Below, one piece after another: positions 28,733 through 39,325 of a stretch of 64,000 bases of DNA. Position 1 is the stretch's first letter. Each line of letters begins with the position of its first letter. The DNA is from Acidobacteriota bacterium (GTDB lineage: Bacteria; Acidobacteriota; UBA890; WLXD01). The DNA lies in NCBI GenBank assembly GCA_965205505.1, contig CBDBHB010000009.1, positions 2,432,001-2,496,000 of the forward strand, written 5' to 3'. A program made the translations under genes and the position numbers. The notes under the pieces were generated by a model. The model searched no databases and had not been told where the DNA came from. It worked only from the letters and a program-made list of their open reading frames with translations.

Positions 28733-29520
28733 ACGGCCACCGGTGCTTTGATGTTCGGATGTGGATCGTAGCTCAGGAGCTCGAAGTCCTCGAACCGGAA
28801 AGCGTCGATGTGGCGCGCCGCGGCCAGGCGAAGGGTGGGCAGCGGCCGCGGCGAACGGCTCAGCTGCAAGCGAGCCTGCTCCAGGTGGTTGGCGTACAGG
28901 TGCGCGTCGCCGAGCGTCACAACCAAACGACCGGGATGCAGCTCGGTAACTTGCGCCACCATCTGCGTGAGAAGCGCATACGAGGCGATGTTGAACGGCA
29001 GACCCAGGAAGATATCGGCGCTGCGCTGGTACAGCTGGCAAGACAGCACGCTGTCGCGCACGTAGAACTGGAACAACGTGTGGCAGGGCGGCAGGGCCAT
29101 GTTGTCGATTTCGCCCACATTCCACGCCGACACCACGAGCCGTCGCGATGTCGGATTCGTGCGGATCTCATTCACCACCCAGGCGATCTGGTCGACACTG
29201 CCACCGTCGGCCTTGGGCCACGAGCGCCATTGCACTCCGTACACGGGCCCGAGCTCGCCCAGGTCGTCCGCCCATTCGTCCCAGATACTGATGTCGTGTT
29301 CCTGCAGGTAGCGAACGTTGGACTCGCCGCGCAGGAACCACAACAGCTCATGGATGACAGACTTCAGGTGGAGCTTCTTGGTGGTAACCAGCGGGAAGCC
29401 AGCGCTCAGGTCGAAACACATTTGATAGCCGAAGATGCTGCGTGTCCCCGTACCGGTACGGTCGTCCTTGGGCGCCCCTGATTCCAGCACCGTGCGCATA
29501 AGGTCCAGGTATGGTTTCAT
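28729..29520 (-). CDS. thyA: Thymidylate synthase
   Basis: [48 protein letters not shown]. Confidence 0.97.
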   Translation of the reverse strand: MKPYLDLMRTVLESGAPKDDRTGTGTRSIFGYQMCFDLSAGFPLVTTKKLHLKSVIHELLWFLRGESNVRYLQEHDISIWDEWADDLGELGPVYGVQWRSWPKADGGSVDQIAWVVNEIRTNPTSRRLVVSAWNVGEIDNMALPPCHTLFQFYVRDSVLSCQLYQRSADIFLGLPFNIASYALLTQMVAQVTELHPGRLVVTLGDAHLYANHLEQARLQLSRSPRPLPTLRLAAARHIDAFRFEDFELLSYDPHPNIKAPVAV

Positions 29521-29601
29521 GCTGATTCCTCTCCCGATTGGCACGGTATTGTCGCACGCGTCGGCCAGTCGATCGGAGCGAATGCCTCGGGGTGGAAGGA
29601 C

Positions 29602-30522
29602 ATGTGCGCCGACGCCATCGTTGCGCGACAGCTGGTGAAACGATTCGGTGAGCTCGAGGCCGTGGCCGGTATTGACTTCGCTGTTCGGCGCGCCGAATGT
29701 TTCGGCTTCCTGGGGGTCGACGGCGCCGGGAAGACCACCATCGTGCGCATGGTCCAGTGCGTCTCGCCGCCGTCGTCGGGAGCGCTGACCGTGCTCGGGC
29801 GCGACGTGCGCGCGGCCCCCCGGGCGATCAAGGCCCGCCTCGGGGTGGTGCCACAAGAAAACAGCCTCGACCCCGACATCACGGTTCGTGACAATCTGCT
29901 GGTATACGCACGCTACTTCGACGTCGCCCGGCGAGATGCGTCGCGCCGGGCCGACGAGTTGCTCGAGTTCGTTCAGCTGAGCGATCGCGCCGACGCGCTC
30001 ATTCCTACGCTCTCCGGAGGGATGAAGCGGCGACTCGTGTTGGCGCGGGCGATGATTAGCTCGCCTGAGCTGTTGCTGCTCGATGAGCCCACCGCCGGGC
30101 TTGATCCTCAGGCGCGTCACTGGGTATGGAGCCGCCTGCGCAGCTTGCGGGCCGCCGGCGTGACTATGCTGTTGACGACGCACTACATGGAGGAGGCGGC
30201 GCAGCTATGCGATCGCATAGCTGTGATCGATGCCGGGAAGCTGCTTGCCGAGGGCGAGCCGGCAGAACTGGTTCAGGAGCACGTCGGCGAGCAATGTATC
30301 GAGATTCGGCCGCTGCCCGCCGAGCGCGCCCAGATCGACGCGCGCCTCGATGCGGTGGGCGCGAGTCACCTGGAACAGGTCGGCGACACGATCTACATGT
30401 ATCCACGAGGCGGTATCGACTGGTCGGCGTTGCACGCCATCCCCAACGAGCGGTTGCTGCAGCGAAGCGCCACGCTGGAAGACCTTTTCTTGAGGCTTAC
30501 CGGCCGTGAGATGCGGGAATGA
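29602..30522 (+). CDS. ABC-2 exporter ATPase (NodI-like)
   Basis: [45 protein letters not shown]. Confidence 0.9.
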   Translation: MCADAIVARQLVKRFGELEAVAGIDFAVRRAECFGFLGVDGAGKTTIVRMVQCVSPPSSGALTVLGRDVRAAPRAIKARLGVVPQENSLDPDITVRDNLLVYARYFDVARRDASRRADELLEFVQLSDRADALIPTLSGGMKRRLVLARAMISSPELLLLDEPTAGLDPQARHWVWSRLRSLRAAGVTMLLTTHYMEEAAQLCDRIAVIDAGKLLAEGEPAELVQEHVGEQCIEIRPLPAERAQIDARLDAVGASHLEQVGDTIYMYPRGGIDWSALHAIPNERLLQRSATLEDLFLRLTGREMRE

Positions 30523-31292
30523 ACGACCAGTTTCCGACTTGGCGTGCCGGGCGTGTTTGGCAACGAAACGCCACCACTTACCGCCGGGTATGGGTGGGAA
30601 ACCTCCTCGGCCATCTGGCTGATCCGCTGTTCTACGTGGCGGTAGTGGGGTTCGGTCTCGGTTCCTACATGCCTCCGATCGATGGCGTACCGTACATCAG
30701 CTTCGTCGTGGCCGGCGTGGTCGCCGGGGCGGCGATGTCGGCCGCTTGTTTCGAGACCAGCTACGGCTCCTTCTTGCGCATGAGGGTGCAGGGGACTTTC
30801 GACGCTATCCTGGCCACGCCGTTGTCAGTTTCCGATCTGGCGGCAGGCGAGGTTCTTTGGGCTGCGACCAAGGGAATCATCTCGGCGGCGGCGACGATGG
30901 TCGTCGGCTTGGCGTTCGGGTTACTCGAGCCGGGTATGTGGTTGGTTGCGGCATTGGGAGTGGTACTGCTGCAGGGGCTGTTCTTCGGCGGTGTCTCGCT
31001 GACGGTGGCATCGCGTGTACCCGCCCTCGACGCGCTCAACCACTTCTATGCGCTGTTCATCATGCCGGTGCTCTTCCTTTCTGGCGTGTTCTTTCCGCTC
31101 GACCGCATGCCGGCCTCGCTACGCGCTGTCGCGCAGCTGAATCCGCTCACTCATGCAGTCCACCTGATCCGCCCGTTGAGTACTGGTCACGCACCGCCTG
31201 GATGGGCGCTCGAGATCCTCTGGCTGCTCCTCGCGGCAGCTTTCGGGATGGCGCTGGGAGTCGTGAACCTGCGCCGCCGGATCGTCATGTGA
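30519..31292 (+). CDS. ABC-2 permease (NodJ-like)
   Basis: VWQRN, six TM segments, LSGVFFP, NPLTHAV. ATGA overlap. Confidence 0.9.
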   Translation: MNDQFPTWRAGRVWQRNATTYRRVWVGNLLGHLADPLFYVAVVGFGLGSYMPPIDGVPYISFVVAGVVAGAAMSAACFETSYGSFLRMRVQGTFDAILATPLSVSDLAAGEVLWAATKGIISAAATMVVGLAFGLLEPGMWLVAALGVVLLQGLFFGGVSLTVASRVPALDALNHFYALFIMPVLFLSGVFFPLDRMPASLRAVAQLNPLTHAVHLIRPLSTGHAPPGWALEILWLLLAAAFGMALGVVNLRRRIVM

Positions 31293-31294
31293 TG

Positions 31295-31303
31295 TGGGAT
31301 AAT
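31295..31303 (+). promoter_or_regulatory. Extended -10 element, probable leaderless lipA transcript
   Basis: TGgGATAAT, 7 nt before the ATG. No SD. Confidence 0.4.
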
Positions 31304-31310
31304 CGCCGCT

Positions 31311-32321
31311 ATGGCGGACCTTCCCGTGCTTCAAGGTGAACCTGAGGGGTGCGCTCCGGGATCTCTGACGCGCCGCGCAAAGCCTGACTGGCTGAGAGTT
31401 CGCGCACCCGGCGGCGAGCGTTACACCTTCATCAAAAAGACGCTTCGCGACCGCGGCCTCTTCACGGTTTGCGAGGAGGCACGCTGCCCGAACGTCGGCG
31501 AGTGTTGGTCGGGCGGTACGGCCACCTTCATGCTGCTCGGGGGGATTTGCACACGTGGCTGCCGCTTCTGCGCGGTGACCACCGGTAACCCTGGTGGCCG
31601 CGTGGATGGCCAGGAGCCTCGCAAGCTCGCCGAGTCGGTAGCGTTGCTCAAGTTTCGCTATGTCGTGTTGACCATGGTCGATCGCGACGATCTCAGCGAC
31701 GGTGGGGCAGGCCACGTTGCTGCCTGTATCGAGCAGTTGAAGCGTCGCCAACCGGAATTGATCCTCGAAGCACTTGTCGGTGACTTCAACGGCGACGTCG
31801 AGGCCGTCGACACCCTGTGCGATACTGGTTTGGAGGTCTTCGCGCACAACCTCGAGACGGTTGAGGAGATGCAACGCACGGTGCGTGATGCCCGGTGTGG
31901 TTACGACAAATCGCTAGCCATTCTCGAACACGCCAAGCGCCATCCGCGGCAGCTATTCACCAAGTCGTCGCTGATGCTCGGCCTGGGCGAAAGCGATGCG
32001 CAGCTGCGTCGGTCGATGCAGGACCTCCGCTCTGTGGGCGTTGATTTCCTGACCCTCGGCCAGTACCTGCAGCCTACGTCGAAGCACCTTGACGTCGTTG
32101 AGTGGGTGACGCCGGAGCGCTTCGCACAGTTACGGCAGCTCGGCGAGCGACTCGGCTTCGCCTATGTGGCGTCGGGCCCGCTGGTACGCAGCTCTTATCG
32201 GGCTGGCGAGTTCTTCGTCGCCAATCTGGTCGAAACGCACCGTGTCGCTGCGTCGGCAACTATCCGCACCACGTCCGCGATTCGCGCTTCCTCGGGGGAG
32301 GGGGCATGGGCGAATTGCTGA
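31311..32321 (+). CDS. lipA: Lipoyl synthase
   Basis: CEEARCPNVGEC, CTRGCRFC, GQYLQP, LVRSSY. Confidence 0.96.
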   Translation: MADLPVLQGEPEGCAPGSLTRRAKPDWLRVRAPGGERYTFIKKTLRDRGLFTVCEEARCPNVGECWSGGTATFMLLGGICTRGCRFCAVTTGNPGGRVDGQEPRKLAESVALLKFRYVVLTMVDRDDLSDGGAGHVAACIEQLKRRQPELILEALVGDFNGDVEAVDTLCDTGLEVFAHNLETVEEMQRTVRDARCGYDKSLAILEHAKRHPRQLFTKSSLMLGLGESDAQLRRSMQDLRSVGVDFLTLGQYLQPTSKHLDVVEWVTPERFAQLRQLGERLGFAYVASGPLVRSSYRAGEFFVANLVETHRVAASATIRTTSAIRASSGEGAWANC

Positions 32322-33283
32322 CCGTCCTCGCCGACGACGTCGAAGCGATCGAGCGCAACGTCGGCGACCTGTCGGATGCCGACCTGACGGCCCTGTACGA
32401 GTCACTGGTCGTGACGCGGGTCGTCGATGAACGGTGCGCCCGTCTACAGCAGTCAGGGCGAATCGGGTTTTGGGCGCCGTCGGGAGCAAGCGCAGCGGTA
32501 TCGGCGGGGGCCGCGAGGGCCTTCGAAGACGGCGATTGGCTATATCCGTCCTATCGTGATGTGGGAGCGTTTCTGGTGCGCGGCGGAAGCATCGAGCAGC
32601 TGTTCGCGCAGGTGCTCGCGTCGCGGGACGACCTGGCGCGTGGGCGCCAGTTGCCCGGACACGCGACGCTGCCGGCGGGGCGCTTCGTATCGGTTTCGGG
32701 GCCGCTGGCGACACAAATTCAACACGCTGTGGGAACCGCGCTGGCCATGAAGCTGCGACATGACCCCCACACCGTTCTCGCCCTGTTCGGAGCTGCAGCC
32801 ACCGACCAGGCTTCCTTTCAGATAGGCCTCTCAACTGCCGAGCGACATGCTGCCCCCGTGGTCTTCGTGTGTCGTTGCCCGAGCACCTCGCTGGCGCCCC
32901 TCGCGATGGCGCACGGCGTGAAACCGGTGAGCGTCGATGGCACCGACATGTTGGCTGTGTACACGGCGGCACGAAGCGCCCGAGAAGCCGCGTTGGCTGG
33001 TGCCGGACCGACGCTGATCGAGGCAGTTGTGCCGGCTGGCACGGCGACGCTGAAGCCGGCGGCCAGACTGCGCCCTTATCTCGAACACCGCGGCGTCTGG
33101 GACGCCGGCCGAGAGGACGAGTTCAGTCGCCGCTGCGAGGAGCGAGGGGAGGCCGCCATCGCCTCGGCGGAGAGCGTTGGGCCACCGACAGCCGACACGA
33201 TGTTCGACGATGTATGGGCGGAGCGACCCTGGATGCTGCAAGAGCAGTCGCGCAAGCTACGTCGCCTGAAGGACGAATCCTAG
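32306..33283 (+). CDS. 2-oxoacid dehydrogenase E1-alpha homologue with degenerate ThDP site
   Basis: GRIGF, PSYRD, GRQLPGH, TQIQHAVG, VDGTDMLAVY, GPTLIEA and MFDDVWAE.PW.L.EQ identify the family. The GDG...NN motif and His loop are absent. Confidence 0.88.
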   Translation: MGELLTVLADDVEAIERNVGDLSDADLTALYESLVVTRVVDERCARLQQSGRIGFWAPSGASAAVSAGAARAFEDGDWLYPSYRDVGAFLVRGGSIEQLFAQVLASRDDLARGRQLPGHATLPAGRFVSVSGPLATQIQHAVGTALAMKLRHDPHTVLALFGAAATDQASFQIGLSTAERHAAPVVFVCRCPSTSLAPLAMAHGVKPVSVDGTDMLAVYTAARSAREAALAGAGPTLIEAVVPAGTATLKPAARLRPYLEHRGVWDAGREDEFSRRCEERGEAAIASAESVGPPTADTMFDDVWAERPWMLQEQSRKLRRLKDES

Positions 33284-33293
33284 CGAGACGAAG

Positions 33294-34265
33294 ATGCCCG
33301 ATCTCAACATGGCGCAAGCGATCAATCGGACGCTGAGCGTCGAGATGCGCCGCGACGACTCGATCGTGCTGTTAGGTGAGGATGTCGGGGCACTCGGCGG
33401 CCTGTTCAGTACCACTGAAGGGTTGCTCGACGATTTCGGCGAGCGGCGCGTTATCGACGCTCCCACCGGGGAAGGTGGTGTGATCGGCACCGCCGTGGGC
33501 ATGGCGCTCTACGGGCTCCGTCCGGTAACCGAGATTCAGTTCGCCGATTTTGTCTGGCCTGGCTTCGAGCACATCGTGTCGGAGATGTCCAGGATCCGAT
33601 ATCGCTCCGGAGGTCAATACGCTTGTCCCCTCGTCTTGCGCCTTCCTTACGGCGGTGGTGTCGGTGGCGGGATGTACCAATCGCAGAGCCCAGAAGCGTA
33701 CTTCTGCCATACGCCCGGGCTCGTCGTGGCAGCACCATCGGATCCGACGGACGCCGCTGGCATGCTCCGTGCGGCGCTGCGCGGAGATGACCCGGTCGTG
33801 TTCTTGGAGCCCAAGAGCCTCTATCAGGATTGCCGAGCCAGCGTCGACGACGAGCACCTCGTGCCGCTCGGCGAGGCTCGAGTTCGGCGGCCGGGTACTG
33901 ATGTTTCGGTGTTCGCATACGGGTCGATGGTGCCAGTAGCCCTGGCGGCGGCCGACGCCGCCGCCGGGTCGGGCATTCAAACCGACGTCGTCGATCTACG
34001 TACCCTGCTTCCGCTCGACATCGCCACCGTTCTGAGCTCGATTGCCAAGACCGGGCGGGCGGTGATTGTGGCCGAGTCGCCAACCTACTGCGGCTTTGCC
34101 GCCGAGCTCTCGGCGACGCTGTCGGAGCGCGCCCTGTTGCATCTGGAGGCGCCGGTCGAGCGCGTCGCCGGCTTCGACGTACCTTTCCCTCACGTTCACG
34201 AGAACGATTACTTGCCGAGCGAGCGACGGGTTGTCGCCGCCATCGAGCGAGTAGCAAACTTCTGA
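33294..34265 (+). CDS. 2-oxoacid dehydrogenase E1-beta (branched-chain-like)
   Basis: LGEDVG, EIQFADF, RYRSGG, PYGGG, DPVVFLEPK, DLRTLLPLD. The usual HSQS reads QSQS. Confidence 0.92.
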   Translation: MPDLNMAQAINRTLSVEMRRDDSIVLLGEDVGALGGLFSTTEGLLDDFGERRVIDAPTGEGGVIGTAVGMALYGLRPVTEIQFADFVWPGFEHIVSEMSRIRYRSGGQYACPLVLRLPYGGGVGGGMYQSQSPEAYFCHTPGLVVAAPSDPTDAAGMLRAALRGDDPVVFLEPKSLYQDCRASVDDEHLVPLGEARVRRPGTDVSVFAYGSMVPVALAAADAAAGSGIQTDVVDLRTLLPLDIATVLSSIAKTGRAVIVAESPTYCGFAAELSATLSERALLHLEAPVERVAGFDVPFPHVHENDYLPSERRVVAAIERVANF

Positions 34266-34270
34266 GGCCC

Positions 34271-35674
34271 ATGGCAAGCGAGATCAAGCTACCGGAGATC
34301 GGCGAGGGGACGGCCGAGGGCGAGATCATCAAGTGGCTCGTCACGGAGGGCCAAGCCGTGGAGGAGGACACGCCGCTCGTCGAGGTCATGACCGACAAGG
34401 CCACAGTGGAGATCCCGGCGCCATTCTCGGGCACCGTGTTCGAGCTACGCGCCAAGGAAGGCGAAGTCGTCGACGTTGGTGCGGTGATCTTGCTTATCGA
34501 CAGGGGCGAGCAGGCTGACAGCAGCAACCCGAGCGACGCTCGGGAGGTCGGTGTAGCTTCGCAGCCCCATGACGATGCTGACCCTGTAGTGCCGATCGCG
34601 GCAGAGGAGGTCGCCGCCGACCCGGTGGCGGCGGCGCAGGCGATGGCACGCGCGGAGCTCGACTCGGAAGCTGAGGAGACGGCCATTTGGGAGGTTCCCC
34701 GGGCCGCGTCCGGCGCCACGCCCACGACCCCGGCCACCCGCCGCCTGGCTCGGCAGCTCGGCGTCGATCTGCAAGAGATACAAGGGACCGGCAAGGGTGG
34801 GCGAGTTACCAAGGCGGATCTCTTGGGTGGCGCCGATCGAGCCGCGCCAACGGAAGACTCGCCAGCGATTCCCGGTGCGATCGCCGAAGCCGCACCGGTC
34901 GCCGTCAGGGCGGTCGATGCGGCGCCGATGGTCGCCAGCAACGCTCCTCGGCTGACGCCGGTCTCCGCCGGTTCACTCGAAGAGCGCATTCCGCTGCGCG
35001 GGCTTCGGCGGCGGATTGCTGAGCGCCTGGTGGAGGCGAAGCGTCTTGTCCCGCACTTCACATACGTCGAGGAGTGCGACATGACCGAGATCGTAGCGTT
35101 GCGTCGCGAGGCCAAGGAGATGGCCGCTGCTCAAGGGCTGCGGGTTACCTACCTGCCCTTCTTCATCAAGGCGTTGATCGAGGCGTGCCGTCGCCATCCG
35201 ATCCTCAATTCGTCGCTCGACGACGAGAGCGGTGAGATCGTGCTGAAGCGCTACTACAACGTTGGCATCGCTACCGACACGGAACGCGGTCTGATGGTGC
35301 CAGTGGTGAAGAATGCCGACCAGCTGAGCATCTTCGAGTTGGCACAAGAGATCGCACGTCTTTCCACGGATGCGCGCGCCGGGCGAAGCGCCGCGGATGA
35401 TCTGCAGGGCGGGACCATCACGGTCACGAGTACCGGTAGCATCGGTGGACTCCTTGCCACGCCGATCATCAACCACCCCGAGGTGGCAATTCTGGGCGTG
35501 GTCGCTATTCGCAAGCGCCCGGTGGTGCGTGGCGACGAGACCGTGATCCGCGACATGATGAACCTTTCGCTTTCTCTGGACCATCGCGTCGTCGACGGTG
35601 CTCCGGCAGCGCAGTTCATGCGTGATCTAGTGGCGTTGCTCGAGGATCCCAAGCTGCAGCTGCTCGTGACCTGA
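34271..35674 (+). CDS. Dihydrolipoamide acyltransferase E2
   Basis: Lipoyl domain EVMTDKA, PSBD (TPATRRLAR...GTGKGGRVTKAD), catalytic DHRVVDG. Confidence 0.95.
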   Translation: MASEIKLPEIGEGTAEGEIIKWLVTEGQAVEEDTPLVEVMTDKATVEIPAPFSGTVFELRAKEGEVVDVGAVILLIDRGEQADSSNPSDAREVGVASQPHDDADPVVPIAAEEVAADPVAAAQAMARAELDSEAEETAIWEVPRAASGATPTTPATRRLARQLGVDLQEIQGTGKGGRVTKADLLGGADRAAPTEDSPAIPGAIAEAAPVAVRAVDAAPMVASNAPRLTPVSAGSLEERIPLRGLRRRIAERLVEAKRLVPHFTYVEECDMTEIVALRREAKEMAAAQGLRVTYLPFFIKALIEACRRHPILNSSLDDESGEIVLKRYYNVGIATDTERGLMVPVVKNADQLSIFELAQEIARLSTDARAGRSAADDLQGGTITVTSTGSIGGLLATPIINHPEVAILGVVAIRKRPVVRGDETVIRDMMNLSLSLDHRVVDGAPAAQFMRDLVALLEDPKLQLLVT

Positions 35675-35682
35675 GCCTGACC

Positions 35683-37083
35683 ATGAGCGTCGACGTTCAA
35701 GTAGGGGTCGCTGTCATCGGGGCAGGTCCGGGCGGCTATGTGGCGGCAATACGCGCTGCGCAGCTAGGGCAGCGGGTCGCTGTGATCGAGAGGGAATTCG
35801 TCGGCGGCACTTGCCTCAATGTTGGGTGTATCCCGTCAAAGGCGCTGCTCGATGCCTCGCACTTGTTCAGCCAGATCAACCGGGCGTCGGTGTTCGGGAT
35901 ACAGGTCGAAGGCGCCAGCGTCGATTTCGCCGCCATGCAGCGACACAAGGCCAAGGTAGTCAAGGCGTTGACTACCGGCGTGCGCGGACTGCTCAAGCGG
36001 CAAGGGGTCGAGCGCCTGATGGGGACGGCGCGCTTCAAAGCACCGGGCGTGCTTGGCGTGGAGTCAGCGGACGGGACTGGCGTGACCGTCCGTGCGGATA
36101 ACGTCATTGTCGCCACCGGGTCCGTCGAGGCAGAGTTGCCCGGGGTTCCATTCGACGACGCCGTCGTGATCTCGTCGCGCGGCGCACTCGGTCTCGAGAT
36201 GGTGCCCGATCGCCTGGTCGTCGTAGGTGCGGGCTATATCGGACTGGAGATCGGGAGCGTGTACTCACGACTCGGCGCTGAGGTCGTCGTGCTGGAAATG
36301 AGGGATCGTGTCCTGCCGGAGATGGACGCCGAGGTAGCCGCGGCGGCCTACACGCTTCTCCGGCAGCAAGGGCTCGACATCCGCCTCGGTGCGAGGGTTG
36401 CTGCGGTCCAGGTCGCGGGCGATTCTGCCCGGGTACGCTACAGCGTCGAGGACAACGAGGCGACCGTCGAGGCGGACCGCGTGTTGGTCTCGATCGGTCG
36501 GCGGCCCGCCACCGACGGGCTCGGGCTCGACGCGATTGGGCTCGAAACCGACGATCGTGGTTTCATCATCGTCGACCACGGCATGCGCACCGGGGTGCCT
36601 GGCGTCTATGCGATCGGCGACGTTGTCGCTACGCCGATGCTGGCGCACGTGGCCATGGACGAGGGTGTTGTCGCGGCGGAATGTATCGCTGGCCAAGTCG
36701 CCGCGATGGAGTACGACGCGATCCCTGCGGTCGTGTTCACGCATCCAGAGCTCGCCTCGGTGGGGCTCCAGGAACAGGAGGCCGAGCTGCGCGGACACCG
36801 GCTCAAGGTAGGCCGCTTCCCGTTCCGCGGCAACGGCAGAGCACGGGCGCGCGACGACATGGAAGGCTGGGTGAAGGTGATCGCCGACGCCGACACCGAC
36901 GCGATCCTGGGAGTTCACTGTGTGGGCCCGGAGGCCGGGCATCTGATTCATGAGGCAGTCGTGGCAATGGGGTACGGCGGCTGTGCTGAAGACCTCGCGC
37001 TAACCGTCCACGCGCACCCGACGCTGTCAGAGGCGTTCAAGGAAGCCGCCCTGGCGGTTGACGGTCGCTCGCTGCACATTTGA
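35683..37083 (+). CDS. lpdA: Dihydrolipoamide dehydrogenase E3
   Basis: GAGPGGY, GGTCLNVGCIPSK, GAGYIGLE, HAHPTLSE. Confidence 0.96.
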   Translation: MSVDVQVGVAVIGAGPGGYVAAIRAAQLGQRVAVIEREFVGGTCLNVGCIPSKALLDASHLFSQINRASVFGIQVEGASVDFAAMQRHKAKVVKALTTGVRGLLKRQGVERLMGTARFKAPGVLGVESADGTGVTVRADNVIVATGSVEAELPGVPFDDAVVISSRGALGLEMVPDRLVVVGAGYIGLEIGSVYSRLGAEVVVLEMRDRVLPEMDAEVAAAAYTLLRQQGLDIRLGARVAAVQVAGDSARVRYSVEDNEATVEADRVLVSIGRRPATDGLGLDAIGLETDDRGFIIVDHGMRTGVPGVYAIGDVVATPMLAHVAMDEGVVAAECIAGQVAAMEYDAIPAVVFTHPELASVGLQEQEAELRGHRLKVGRFPFRGNGRARARDDMEGWVKVIADADTDAILGVHCVGPEAGHLIHEAVVAMGYGGCAEDLALTVHAHPTLSEAFKEAALAVDGRSLHI

Positions 37084-37090
37084 TCGGCCG

Positions 37091-39325
37091 ATGGCGCGAG
37101 CGCAGGAACCGTCGCTGTTCGACGGACGGCTTCGAGGCACCGTTGCCCGTGTGGTGTTCGAGAATCGCGACACGGGCTGGGCTGTGGTGCACCTAGAGCC
37201 CGACGATGGGGGTTTAGTTACCGTAGTTGGTCCGCTGGCCCCGCTCTATCCTGGTGAGTGCGTCGAGGTCGAGGGCGAATGGGAAACCGATCGGCGCTAC
37301 GGCAGGCAATTTCGGGCGCACGGAAGCATACCGGCCGAGCCCCAGAGCGAGAGCGGTGCGCGGCGCTACCTTGCTTCCGGCGTGATTCCCGGGATCGGCC
37401 CGGAGTTCGCCAAGCGGCTCGTTGAGCGCTTCGGTACCGACACGTTGCGCGTCCTGGATGAAGAGCCAGAGCGTCTCCTCACGGTGCGCGGCATCGGCGC
37501 CAAGAGGCTCGAGCAAATCAAGGCCGGATGGTTGGAGAAGACCGCGCATCGACAGGCACGGATCTTTCTTCAGGGGCATGGGCTGGGCCCGGCGCTCGCC
37601 GAGAAAGTCGTACGCACCTGGGGGAAGGAGACCATCGGCCGGGTGCGGAGGAATCCCTACGCGCTCGCCCGCGAGGTGCGCGGCATCGGGTTTCGCACCG
37701 CCGATGGGCTGGCAATGCGATTGGGCATTGCCCCGGACGCTCCTGAGCGGTTGATGGCAGGGCTGGCGGAGGCGCTGTTCGCGGCTGCAGGCCGGGGCAA
37801 CTGTTTCCTGCTGCGTTCCGAGCTGCAGGCGGCGGCTGCCAAGTTGCTCGAGCTCGAGGACTCGTGCGCTCTGTTGTCGCCAGTCGACGCCCTGGCGCAA
37901 CGGCGCGAGGTAGTGGTGGAGCCGGCTGGCGACGCCGACCCGCGGGTCTACGTGACCGGCCTACATGCCGCCGAGCTGCGAGTGGCGCGCCGGCTAGCCG
38001 TCCTGGGTGCTTCGGTCGTGAGCGAGTCGGCACAGGAGAGCGAACGGGTGATCGGTGCGGTACGCCAAGTCGAGGCGGGCCTGGAGCTCGGCCTCGCGGA
38101 GGAGCAGCGCGGCGCGCTCGAGGCCGCGCTTCTCGGCCGCCTGGTGGTAGTTACCGGCGGCCCTGGCACTGGCAAGACAACGCTGGTCGATGCGATCGCC
38201 CGGTGTGCTGCCATGCTCGACTTGCGCGTCGCCCTTGCAGCTCCGACCGGTCGCGCAGCCAAGCGGATGGAGCAGGCGACGGGGCGCGAGGCCAAGACGA
38301 TCCATCGTCTACTCGAGTTCGGGTACGGGCAAGGTTTTGGTCGCGGGCCGGACAATCCCATCGACGCCGATCTAGCGGTGATCGACGAGTTCTCCATGGT
38401 CGATCTGGTGCTCATGGACGCGTTCATCGCCGCGTTGCGGCCGGACGCGCGACTGTTGATGGTTGGCGATGCCGACCAGCTGCCGCCCGTCGGTCCCGGA
38501 GCGGTATTACGCGACCTCATCGCGTCGGAGCGTGTGCCCACCGTGCGGTTGCGGCGAATCTTCCGCCAGGCACGTGCGAGTCTGATCGTGCGGAACGCGC
38601 ATCGGGTGAACGCAGGCGAGGTTCCCGAGGCTCCGGCATCCACCGATGAGCCCGATGCAGATTTCTACATGATCGACGAGCGCGATCCGGACCGCGCTCT
38701 TGCGCTCGTACGACGGCTGGTTACACGACGTATTCCTAGGCGCTTCGGGTTGGACCCCATGCGCGACGTGCAGGTGCTGGCGCCGATGCACCGGGGTCGT
38801 TGCGGCGTGACCCGACTCAACTCCGAGCTTCAGGCGGCGCTCAACGCGGGTTCGTTGGCGGCGTTGCCGGAGACGCCGGTGCTGAGTGTCGGGGACCGAG
38901 TCATGCAGCTGCGCAACGACTACGACCGCGAGGTGTTCAACGGCGACATCGGGCACGTGGCGCTCGCCGATCCGGAGGAGGGCTTGACGGTCGATTTTGA
39001 CGGTCGCCTCGTGGGCTACGACCGTGGCGCCGCAGTTGACCTGACGCTAGCATACGCTATCTCGGTGCATAAGAGTCAGGGGAGCGAGTATCCCGCCGTG
39101 GTAATCGTTCTCATGCCCGAGCACCACATCATGCTGCAGCGCAACCTGCTTTACACGGCGTTGACCCGGGCTCGGCGGGTCGCGGTGCTGATTAGCAGTC
39201 GCGATGCGCTCGCCCGTGCCGTTGCCAACGCATCGCCGTCAGCTCGGAACACGACGCTGGCTGAGCGTATTCGCGAGGCGCTCGATGGCGTCGCGCCTAC
39301 CTTGCCCATCACACCGGCGTACTAG
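37091..39325 (+). CDS. recD2: RecD2-like ATP-dependent helicase
   Basis: HhH repeats (GIG), TGGPGTGKTT, APTGRAAKR, IDEFSM, VGDADQL, AYAISVHKSQGSE, LYTALTR. Confidence 0.93.
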   Translation: MARAQEPSLFDGRLRGTVARVVFENRDTGWAVVHLEPDDGGLVTVVGPLAPLYPGECVEVEGEWETDRRYGRQFRAHGSIPAEPQSESGARRYLASGVIPGIGPEFAKRLVERFGTDTLRVLDEEPERLLTVRGIGAKRLEQIKAGWLEKTAHRQARIFLQGHGLGPALAEKVVRTWGKETIGRVRRNPYALAREVRGIGFRTADGLAMRLGIAPDAPERLMAGLAEALFAAAGRGNCFLLRSELQAAAAKLLELEDSCALLSPVDALAQRREVVVEPAGDADPRVYVTGLHAAELRVARRLAVLGASVVSESAQESERVIGAVRQVEAGLELGLAEEQRGALEAALLGRLVVVTGGPGTGKTTLVDAIARCAAMLDLRVALAAPTGRAAKRMEQATGREAKTIHRLLEFGYGQGFGRGPDNPIDADLAVIDEFSMVDLVLMDAFIAALRPDARLLMVGDADQLPPVGPGAVLRDLIASERVPTVRLRRIFRQARASLIVRNAHRVNAGEVPEAPASTDEPDADFYMIDERDPDRALALVRRLVTRRIPRRFGLDPMRDVQVLAPMHRGRCGVTRLNSELQAALNAGSLAALPETPVLSVGDRVMQLRNDYDREVFNGDIGHVALADPEEGLTVDFDGRLVGYDRGAAVDLTLAYAISVHKSQGSEYPAVVIVLMPEHHIMLQRNLLYTALTRARRVAVLISSRDALARAVANASPSARNTTLAERIREALDGVAPTLPITPAY

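Noticed and set aside
29602-31292. NodI/NodJ similarity implying nodulation
   Set aside because: This ABC-2 subfamily is widespread and no nodABC genes are present.
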